Positions 35,030-44,886 of a stretch of DNA of 44,886 nt are shown here, one piece after another. The stretch covers positions 48,078,937 through 48,123,822 of the forward strand of contig NC_068991.1 of NCBI RefSeq assembly GCF_001194135.2, in the 5' to 3' direction. The DNA is from Octopus bimaculoides (taxonomy: Eukaryota). Both the position numbers and the translations under genes were made by a program. Every line of letters starts with the position of its first letter. Position 1 is the first letter of the stretch. The notes beneath the pieces are model-generated. The model was not told the DNA's origin, searched no databases, and saw nothing but the letters and a program-made list of their open reading frames with translations.

Positions 35030-35660
35030 TAGCAGGCCGGATATCATTGTTTGGGACAGACAAGAAAAATTATGTACCGTCAAGGAAATTATTTGCCTTG
35101 AATTTGTGAATATCTCTACGAAAATCAAAGAGAAAGAAGATAGCTACGGACAACTGCTTCGAAAACTTCAGCGTCTATACTCAGTTTCACATTTATACTA
35201 ATAATGATAGATGCATACGCTTTTGTGAGTAAATACCTAAGCGACAATCTAGTAAAGACTGGGATTTTGGGGAAAAACACCCCAGAAATTAATCAGCTAA
35301 CACGCACATTGCATATATTATGTGTAAGTGGAACTATAAATATATGCAAGACTTTTCTCATATTCAAAATGTGAATTTGTTTTTGTTGTTAACATTCCAA
35401 CAATGGAGTTTTATATCTTTGTTAGAAATCAGTTCCTTCTTTAGAGGAAGATTTCAAATAATTAAAAATAGAAGAGAACGAATATATGTACGTATATAGA
35501 TGCATTCAGTTATGTTAGTAAATGCCTAAGCCACAATCTGGAGAAGCTGGGATTTTCAAGCAAAAATTGGCTGGCTAACATTAACTTAACACTTACTGTC
35601 TGTTACAATAAAAATATGCAAGTCTTTCTTAAATTCTATATGTCGACATGTAACAATTAT
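35030..35660 (+). mobile_element. RLE-type non-LTR retrotransposon C-terminus, present as two diverged tandem copies
   Basis: SRPDIIVWDRQEKLCTV.EI..NI..KIKEKEDSYGQLLRKLQRLY; 35208-35365 aligns with 35498-35630. Confidence 0.7.
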
Positions 35661-35787
35661 TGTTTCAATTATCTAAACTCTAATGATTGAGCTTTGTTTT
35701 TTTTTTCTTTTGTTAGAAAACGGTCTTCTCATTTTAGAAAGAATATTAATAAATAAATTAATACATTACTTAGATAACATAGAAAAC

Positions 35788-36248
35788 ACTGTCGGCATCT
35801 ACAGACCTCCTCAAGCTGCTCTACAATGTTTTGAAGAGTGCCTCAACAAAAGGCACTTTTGAAGAGTGCCTCAACAAAGCTTTTTCCCAAAAGTACAATT
35901 CCAGGAGCATATTACTGGTGGGCGATTTTAACCTCCCTTTTGTGAACTGGTCCGGTACGCCCCCTACGCAATTCAGGATCACAACATATAAATTCAAAAG
36001 AAAGCAAAAAAAAAAAAAAGATCATATCACTTTCAAACGAAATCTGAACGAATTTCTTCAAGGATTACCTAATAAACCACTTATACCTGAATACATTTCT
36101 GTCAACAACTCCATACTTGAATGCGCCATATTACCACAAAACTTAACTTTAAAATGACTTAACAGATTCTATCAGGTAGTCCTATTAAGTTAGACATGGC
36201 CTAGGTCAATCTTTGGCCGAAACATATCTAAGTTATCTAAGTTATCTA
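35788..36248 (+). mobile_element. CR1-type LINE remnant: endonuclease fragment joined to the ORF2 C-terminus and 3' tail
   Basis: VGIYRPP..FEECLNK..ILLVGDFNLPFVNW, then FKRNLNEFLQGLPNKP..NNSIL, a ggcc..ggcc hairpin and a (tatctaagt)2.7 tail; internal 22-bp duplication at 35829 and 35857. Confidence 0.75.
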
Positions 36249-37813
36249 TATGTAAATTCCATAATTATTTAAAAAGAAAAATATTTACATAAATACAAAT
36301 AAAATCAATACAATATCAGAATACAACATTAAAAGTAATTAATTCTAAGGAAAATGTTTTCTAACGAAATCCAAACATTTGTTATTCATTTCCAGAAATT
36401 CAACTTAAATGTCTGTCATTTTATTTACTTATTTGTTTGCTTGTTTGTTTGTTTATTGCAATCAACTATCCTCCATCATTTAGCAGACAATAGAATAGGC
36501 TTTCTCTGCCATTACTGTGTCTTGTTATTTAAAAGGAATGCAAAATACTTGTTACTGTCTTTCGTTATTATAAATCATTAAAACATNNNNNNNNNNNNNN
36601 NNNNNNNNNNNNNNNNNNNNNNNNNNNNNNNNNNNNNNNNNNNNNNNNNNNNNNNNNNNNNNNNNNNNNNNNNNNNNNNNNNNNNNNNNNNNNNNNNNNN
36701 NNNNNNNNNNNNNNNNNNNNNNNNNNNNNNNNNNNNNNNNNNNNNNNNNNNNNNNNNNNNNNNNNNNNNNNNNNNNNNNNNNNNNNNNNNNNNNNNNNNN
36801 NNNNNNNNNNNNNNNNNNNNNNNNNNNNNNNATATATGTAAGTATGTATATACATACATACAGAGAAAGAGTGAGAGAAAGAGGGACTTGCACACATACA
36901 GACGCACACAAGCACACATATATATATATACATGCATAGAAAAATTAATTACATATAATTAGATCGATGCAACGAATGGAATAATGAAAGACATTTTCTT
37001 TACTTTGTTTTGGTGCTTTCATTCTCTTTGACGTCATGGCTTCCGGACCATATTAGTGACCAATCGCAAACTATGCTGAATAATTTGACTGAAGAATCTG
37101 GCTAAAGAATTTGTTTGTCCAATGACTTGATTTTTGGCGTTGTTTTAATACATTTTTTGCTTGTTTTCGCTTGATTTTCTTTTAACCACGAGCATTTTAC
37201 ACTGCTTTATCAAAAATTAATATCGTACTGTGGGTGATTATAATTATTTTTATGATAGTTAGTTTCAATATATAATATTAGAATGCTTGCCGACGTCCGT
37301 CTGTGACTCTCTTAAAAAGCTATAAGGTAGCTGCTATGCTGAGTTAAGTGGCAGACAAAAAGAGATGTTGGTTGTGCTTAACGGAAAGAGGTGATATCAG
37401 TTAAAGAGAGAAGTAAGAAATTATAAGCAGACATAATCATTGAAAACTGTAGTAGTTTATTGTTAAAGCACTGATGCTATAAGTTGGTTAATGGTAATAG
37501 GTGTGGTTGTAGTAATTTTGTTATGGAGGCGACGGTGAAAATAATGCGTTCTTAATCCTCATTCGTTTAACATGCCTTATAACCTTATTCTCATTTGTGC
37601 TCAGCTTTTTTGAAAAGAAAAGAAAATCCCCCAAAATCTTTTACTAGTCTCTTTCCCTCCTTTGGTTTGACTTCCGTCTTTTCTTTAAGATGAAGCACTA
37701 ACATCAAACACATCACAGATAATTTCTTTCGTCTTGCAGTCGTTAAACTAACACCTTATCGTTCTTTTTGTACCTTCTCTTTACCTTTCTCATTGGTTTT
37801 TCTCTTTACATTG

Positions 37814-37950
37814 CATAGGCGTGGCTGTGAGGTAAGAAGTTTCCTTCCCAATCGCATGGCTGTGAGTTCATTTCTACTGTGTGGCATTTTGAGTATTATC
37901 TTCTACTATAGCCTGGGGCCGTTCAAAGACTTGTGAGTGGATTTGGTAGA
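37814..37950 (+). mobile_element. SINE family C head
   Basis: A and B boxes and body match 16228 and 44627; followed by CA/TATC repeats. Confidence 0.88.
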
Positions 37951-38091
37951 TACACACACACACACACATACACATTCATATATACGTCTGTCTGTCTATC
38001 TATCTATCTTTCTATCTATCTATCTATCTATCTATCTATACACATGTATATGTATGTATGCACGCATGTGTGTGTATACCTATGCATACAT

Positions 38092-38400
38092 ACATGGTGG
38101 CTGCCCCCTCGTTATCGGGTATGGCCATTGCACGAAGCTTAACATGTTGTTATCGTGCAGTACCTGTGCAAGAAGATTTTTTTAAAGTGAGGTAAGGCTG
38201 TGCACTGAGTCAATCCCACTCACTAAGCAACAATAGACATAACCCGAAAAGAAGAACAATTCAACATCATCGGTAACCACTGAGCCGCAGGTTTTATGTC
38301 GGAGTTATCCCAGTTGCCTGAGTTGCATTCTCCTAGAAGGATGGCCTAACAAGGCCTAGGGGTCCTTCACTCCCAATGGTTTAACCGCGCGATCGGGTAT
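38092..38400 (-). mobile_element. Non-LTR retrotransposon (RTE/R4-like) 5' UTR fragment
   Basis: 38290-38370 resembles 40600-40665 in the 5' UTR of the neighbouring R4 element (ctccta/tg..ggcc/aacaagg..). Confidence 0.5.
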
Positions 38401-38532
38401 TCAGTCCGATTATTTCTATGTCCCCGCGCAAAAAACAGCATTAAGCTGGACAAAAAATAAAAATAAAATTCTAAATAAAATAAAAACAGCCTTAAGCTGG
38501 GGAAAAAAAATTGAAAAAAAATTGATATATAC

Positions 38533-38700
38533 AGCCACTGTTTGTTAACCGGCATTGGTGTGTTTGCATCCTAATAATTTAGTGGTTTGGAAAAAGAGAC
38601 TGATGAAATAAGAACCAGGATTAAAGAAGAAGTGCAGGGGTCAATTCATTCAACAAAAATTCATGGTGCCCCAGTATAATGACAAATAAAGATAAAATTA
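38533..38700 (+). mobile_element. SINE family B module
   Basis: ttaaccggcattggtgtgttt..aaaagagactgat..aataag..ggggtcaatt.. Confidence 0.78.
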
Positions 38701-38810
38701 CATAACGCTTTATAACTTCAAAAAAAAAAAAGGGATTGAAACCTCTATACCAAACACTAAGTTATACTTTATCAACGTCCACAAAGCCACAGAAGCCATT
38801 CATATTTCAA

Positions 38811-38891
38811 GCCACAAAAATGAGATATTTAAATCTATTTTTATTATTGATTGGACACTATTATAGATTTAAGTATCTCATCTTTGACAGC
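38811..38891. repeat. Short inverted repeat (19-bp arms, 1 mismatch, 24-bp spacer)
   Basis: atgagatatttaaatctat (38820-38838) and atagatttaagtatctcat (38863-38881). Confidence 0.85.
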
Positions 38892-38971
38892 GATTCATAG
38901 TGGGACCCGGTAGACTAGTAGGTAAAGGTGAGTGTAGATGAACTGGGTGAGGGGGACATTCTGAACTGTCC

Positions 38972-40822
38972 TATCCGGGGTTCAATCCTGTCAGCTTCTT
39001 CATCCAATAACCTTGGACCCCATCCATCCTAGGCTCTTCCAGTTTGGGAATTTTCTTAACTGCCTTTTTATCATTTCTGTAATTATCTTTATGTCTTCTT
39101 GGACTTCTATATTTCTTAACCAATCTTGGATTTAATACAGCCACTCCGCTTCATCATTTTATTCTACATGTTGGTTTCAGATCCCTCTCCAGAATGCCTT
39201 GCTTTCCTCTGCATCTGGTATCATTGTTACGTGTATTTGCATATCTAGTTCCTGAAACAATTTCTTCTGATTTGCTTTAAACAATCTGTTCCGCCTGAAC
39301 TATCTTTTTCTCTTGTCATATCTTTCCATTTTTGCTTTGGTTGCTACTACTCTTTGTTTCAATTCTTCCAATATCACATCATAACATTTGTCTTTTCTTC
39401 TATATGTTTTTCCAGCATTATTCTTATGCTTTTGTTCTACAATTCCCCTCTTCTCAATCTGTAAACTTGTCCTAAATGTCTTTTTAACTTACCTTGTTTC
39501 TCACAAATACGTCTACACCAGTATGGTTCTTTACTTTCTGTTCTTTTCTTTTATATCTAACTTTATCTGCAGCCCAAATAATTTTGTTAGTTTCAGTTAT
39601 ATTTCTCGTCTGGAATAGCCCAAGAACTGAATCTATCTTTTCGGTTTCAACCTTCAGCTTGCGTCGTGTGTGTGTGTGGGTGGGTGGGGGGTGCTTGATC
39701 CTGGTCCTCTCTAATATATCAGCACAGCGTCCTCACTATGTCTTGTTGGTCATCATCGTATTCTTGTGATGTAGCTCTTCCTATTACTTCTGCTCCATTT
39801 GCTGAGAATGCATTTACATTTACACTTTGCTCTACTTCTTCACTGACGTCTTTCATTTTTATGTTCTTACTGGGCTCGTTATCTGTTTGGTGAAGTATTG
39901 TTTCTATTTTCTACTTTCCTTTTTATCCCTTCTATTTTCATGTCTGTTAAACACTCTTTTGCTCTTATTGCTCTTGCCTGGTCGGATAACAGTTGCTCAC
40001 TTGCTTCGAAGAGTCCTCTCTCATTCCATTTTGCTTTCATTCGTCGTCGGAATCCTCTTCTGCTGGGTTCCCCTGATCCATCATTGAATTACCGTTCAGT
40101 TTACCTCCCTATCCCACCTTCTCTGCCCCTGGCTTTGTGTACAAGCAATCTCTGGATGACGACCGGGCCTTCGCCGCTCAACCACAGGGCACCTGACGGG
40201 CGAAAGGCTTTCACCTTTGATTCTAGCCTCATTAACACCATTGTTTGATACATTTGTATTAGACACTTTCACTCAACATTGAGGCATGTGTTTTAAGGTT
40301 AGCCATTAACCGGTATTTTTATCGAGACAGCATCTCTAGTAAGATTGTCAACCAAGACTACAGAGTTCTTATTACTCATATGTTGGGCCTGTTCACTTCG
40401 CATTTCTGTGTGTTGGGGATCATGATCCTGATTCTCACTAGGAGTCAGGTGAGCGTCAGTTGGTCCCGTATCTTCATCCGAATATAGCTCCAAAGTTAAG
40501 TCCCGATTCGCAGTTCATTCGCCTTCATCTCAGGCATGGAACCGTTGGACACTGACAGGTTGTCACCACTGTAGCTGAGGAATCCTATCTATCTCTGTTT
40601 TTAAATCAGAGTATTTTTTCTCCTTGACAGACGGCCAACCAAGTCTCACGAGTTCTGTCTACCCGTTTTCGGAATGGCCATTGACTCTTCCGAGTTACCC
40701 TGCTCTTTAGAGGGTTTTGTTTTTAATCCCGCAAAGTATCGAAAATCCACCCTCCTCACCAAGCAAGCTTAGTGGGGTTGCCGGTTTAGCCGCCGACGAC
40801 TCGACGGTTCCACAACGCCACT
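38972..40822 (-). mobile_element. R4/Dong-clade LINE 5' half (5' UTR and N-terminal ORF), broken at the start of RT
   Basis: Minus-strand translation: RRGFRRRMKAKWNERG..EQLLSDQARAI; KEPYWCRRI; EELKQRVVATKAKMERYDKR..NRLFKANQKKLFQEL; IPDAEESKAFWRGI..AEWL..NWKSLG. Confidence 0.85.
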
Positions 40823-41340
40823 TGTTAATCATTCTGGATAATTATCAATCTGGGTAATTATTTACTTGTTCACTATTATAATTTCACTATTACTACTATA
40901 ATTCTATAATCCCTATCTTATTATTTACTTGTTCACGACTATAGTTTCACAATTATTACTATACTTATACTATTGCTATAATATTAGACAATATTATGGC
41001 CTAGGGGTCCTAATATTGTCTCCCTTGATTTCTTTAGACAACAAATGATGACAGATTTACGGCTATTGGTTTAACTACTGCTGGTGATGTGGCGTTAAAT
41101 AGAGGAGCGGGCTTCTGTCTACAAATATAGGCCGTTTGACTGGACTGCTAGTTGACATGACTGGCAGTGGATTGGGGCATGTGGGAGGGAATTTTTGAGA
41201 GGAGTATCGACAAGTTAGAACTAGCATAGCTAAGATATAGAAACTTATAAACAACATCTCACAGTTTTAAAAAGCTATAGTATCTATCTGTAAATACCTC
41301 ATCGTATTTACGATGAAGGAATTTATCTATAGAAAATCAC

Positions 41341-41377
<37 letters not shown>

Positions 41378-41915
41378 GAGAGAGCATTGCATGCCATCAA
41401 AGTGACACTGGGGTACAAATATACGAAGCCCAGTATACACGTCATGACTACCCGTCTGATAAGGGTACACCAGGCACATGCATCACAACCATATGTGCGC
41501 GACATGGTGATATCATATCAAGATAAACAGCGCATGACCTCGCAGGTGGGGCCCACTTAGAATTTTCTTCAGGTCGAATAGCCTACCCCGTTAAAAGGTC
41601 CCTGAATAAGGGTTGTTTAAGGATGCTAAACGAAACACCAATGTTTCTGGAGGTGAATTATTCAAACCTCTCAACACATGGCTATGATGCTCCCACATTA
41701 CTTATGCTTGTGGTCAGAGATGCACATATCGTTAGCCACTAAGGGACATGCTCAACTGGTTATGGTCAAGCAACTGACATGCAAATCTGTGGTATTAAGC
41801 AAAATATTTGCTGTAACCCATATTTTATACCAAGACAAAACAATGTACATGATAACACTTCCAATCAGTTAAGATCAAAAGCCATGAGAGCCACTACCTG
41901 GTACAACACCAGGCG
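41378..41915. mobile_element. Unclassified 538-bp non-coding element inserted within an (ATT)n microsatellite
   Basis: Balanced-composition non-coding block bounded precisely by (ATT)n on both sides (41339-41377 and 41917-41976). I recall it as a high-copy octopus repeat; this is unverified. Confidence 0.6.
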
Positions 41916-41977
<62 letters not shown>

Positions 41978-41989
41978 CATCATCATCAT

Positions 41990-42023
<34 letters not shown>

Positions 42024-42554
42024 TGTATGTATGTATGTATGTATGTGTGTACGCGTGTTTGTGTGGGTGGGTGCATTCGTGTAAACCGTGTTATGCCGAT
42101 ATACCGATATGTTCTATCTATTGACATTTCTTTTTCCTTTTTTTTCAAGATACCGATTTCAGTTCTGATGCTGTCGGGTTACTACAAGTATCTCACTATA
42201 CGCAATATCACAATCAGGGAAAATGGTTCCCTTACAGCTACCAGCAGTTACAAACTAAATAAATGTATATCATATTAAAATAGTAAATTTGCTTCTAGGT
42301 AAATAGAAAATTAGATAGTATGTCATTTAATATTGAGCAAGCTGTAAAAGCTATGGTATTCACAGACGTTAATATAATGTGTAATGTATTAATAATATTC
42401 CTTAAAGCTCTTAGCAAAATCGGAATTCTTATAAGTCAATCTTGTATTTTAATATTCTAGCATCGGCTTCTCAGTTCTTGATTTGTTTTGGTTTGTTTTG
42501 TTTTCTTCCTTCTGTTAAAGAACGGAGTCATGAATAGAATTATAGATTTCTCTT

Positions 42555-42596
<42 letters not shown>

Positions 42597-43395
42597 AGCA
42601 CATACGCGCGCGCACACACACAAAGACAAACACACACATGTATATATAAGTGTGTGAGTGCATTCAATTGCGTTTATAAACACACACGTATATGTATATA
42701 TATATATACACACGTTTATGTATATTTATGTATGTACATGTATATGGATATATGTATGGATATGGATATATATATATATATAGAGAGAGAGAGGGAGAGA
42801 GACAGACACAGCTACGCACACTCATTAATATATATATAACGAGGGGCCATATGAGAATCTGCGTATGCGAGACAGAGAAGAGAATAACGAAAGGTGAAAG
42901 CTCTCTTGGACCTGTCATATATTTCATTTCCGTTGAGCGGCCGAGTTTTCATTGTGTTGATGTGAGAAATAACAAGAGAATACCTGATGATGATAGAAAG
43001 ACTGTGACGTATTGAAGACATCACATATACGCACACAAACACATATGTATATACATACATACATACATACGTACATATATACATACAAACATACATACGT
43101 ACGTACGTACGTACGTACATACATCTACATACATACATCTACATACATACATCTACATACATACATCTACATACACACGTATGTTTGCGCGTCTGCGTGC
43201 GTCGTGTACACGTACACACACATACATACACACACACACACACACAAACACCCTACACACACACGCATATATATAAATAATGTTTATGACCACTTAAACA
43301 TGGTTGTTCCGTGGGAACCGATCTTAGTGCTATTTTTAACTACAGGAGGACGTTTCCTACAGCTGGTTATTCGAAGCAATCTGCACTTGATATAT

Positions 43396-43529
43396 ATATT
43401 GCAAGCAGGGGAGTGAACCTCTGCTATCTTCAAGCTACGAGACCGTACGGTTTCGACCTCTTTGATGTTATCTCGGTGGTGGATACTCGTCCACTAGAGA
43501 CAGAAATAGTTCACTCCGGCTTGCAATAT
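43396..43529. mobile_element. MITE of about 134 bp with TIRs of about 21 bp and TA flanks
   Basis: atattgcaagcaggggagtgaac and gttcactccggcttgcaatat; central near-palindrome gagaccgtacggtttc. Confidence 0.7.
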
Positions 43530-43754
43530 TCAGAGAACAAGTGACACAGTTATTGATCTCGCAACAAGCAAATTAGCTAGTTAGAAAATCTCAAGTAACA
43601 AGTTGGTGGGGCGCGTCTTTCTGGGGTTAAAAATAGTAGTAACGTCGGTCCTACAGAACTGCCATGTGTAAGTGTCGATAAGCATTACTTCTCAGCATAG
43701 TTACTGCTTTCATCTCTTATTTTCTAACTAGCTAATTTGCTCATATATATATGT

Positions 43755-44470
43755 ATAGTATTTCACAGAAGTATGTACGCTTCTAAAACACTTCAGTAAA
43801 ATTGTCATTACTTTGATAATATCAAAGGATATTAAACGAAATTTATACTGAATAAAATATATTATACATGAAAACATTATACAAATTTGAAACACAATAA
43901 ATTTGGGTGGATACACTCTTTCCACTAACAGAAGACACTTCTTGGGCCAAAGATGAAGCGGTACAATGCCTGTCATCCATTACGCGGTGTTGGATGTGGC
44001 GAATATTACGCGCAGTTAAAATAGAAATTTATCGAAAGAACAATGAATTCAAGACTTCATTGTGACATATTGCAGAAAACAATGTTGAAAAGCATCAAGG
44101 AACTAGGAAGACATTGCATGTTCCAACACGATAACGACCCTAAACACACTTCAAAAATGACGAGTAAGTTTTTATCAAATAAAAAGGTAAATGTATTGCC
44201 TTGGCCTACCCTGTCACTTGATTTGAACTCAACAGAACATCTGTGGGGTGTTTTGAAAAGGTAGATTGGGGAGAGAAAATCCTGCAATGTAACAAATTTT
44301 AAAGACAACATTCACGATAAATGGTGATCGATTTCATTGGTTATATGTGGAAATTTAGACGACTCTATGCCCAGAAGATTTAATGCAGTCATTGAAAGCA
44401 AGAGCAGTCACACCAAATATTGAATATAGCAAATAATCCTTTAGGGTGTACGTATTTTTGTATCGTTTGA
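43755..44470 (+). mobile_element. Tc1-family (DD34E) transposon remnant
   Basis: ORF 44043..44264 FQHDNDPKHTSK..WPTLSLDLNSTEHLW (34-aa D-E spacing), then MPRRFNAVIES..TKY*; ends resemble cagtat.tcac..gtac and gggtgtac TIR motifs. Confidence 0.92.
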
Positions 44471-44626
44471 AAATTAATATTTTCTTCATATCTTTGAAAA
44501 TGTTTATTGTTCGGTGGTTTTGTGGGTAAAGGCATATGTAGATACCAATAACATCCTGGGCAGGGTTCAATATAACCCAGGGCCTGCACTAAGGGGTCTT
44601 ACGAAAATTTTTCACTTTTTTTTTTA

Positions 44627-44796
44627 TAGGCGCAGGAGTGGCTGTGTGGTAAGTAGCTTGCTTACCAACCACATGGTTCCGGGTTCAGTGCCACTACGTG
44701 GCACCTTGGGCAAGTGTCTTCTACTATATCCTCGGTCCGACCAAAGACTTGTGAGTGGATTTGGTAGACGAAAACTGAAAGAAGTCTGTCGTATAT
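44627..44796 (+). mobile_element. SINE family C head, young copy
   Basis: ggcgcaggagTGGCTGTGTGGtaag..GGGTTCAGTGCC..; followed directly by a TA/TG microsatellite. Confidence 0.95.
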
Positions 44797-44886
44797 ATGT
44801 ATATATGTACATATATATGTATGTATATGTTTGTGTGTCTGTGTTTATATATATATATGTATGTATGTATATATATATATATATAT

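Overview
AT-rich eukaryotic genomic DNA from a draft assembly with 8 N-gaps, very dense di-, tri- and tetranucleotide microsatellites and layered decayed transposons. The SINE families and microsatellite load look like a coleoid cephalopod, probably Octopus; this is inference from remembered repeat sequences, not a search. No intact gene is supported, and most ORFs in the track are microsatellite or gap artefacts. Recognisable content: four Tc1/mariner remnants; fragments of non-LTR retrotransposons of the L1/Tx1, R4/Dong, RTE and CR1 types; Penelope-like elements; about 20 tRNA-derived SINE copies or fragments; MITE-like and Helentron-like (HINE) elements; and a few low-confidence exon candidates, mostly on the minus strand. 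Leads most worth checking: (1) a minimal hammerhead-ribozyme-like motif with a variant core at a Penelope-like terminus (10365-10401, minus); (2) the 3' half of an HDV-like ribozyme fold at the 5' end of an R4-type element (40781-40822, minus); (3) three LINEs from different clades that have lost all or most of the RT internally while keeping both flanking parts; (4) a nest of R4/Dong 3' ends plus a 538-bp non-coding element, all embedded in (TAA)n tracts; (5) a duplicated exon/donor-site unit at 10861-11390.
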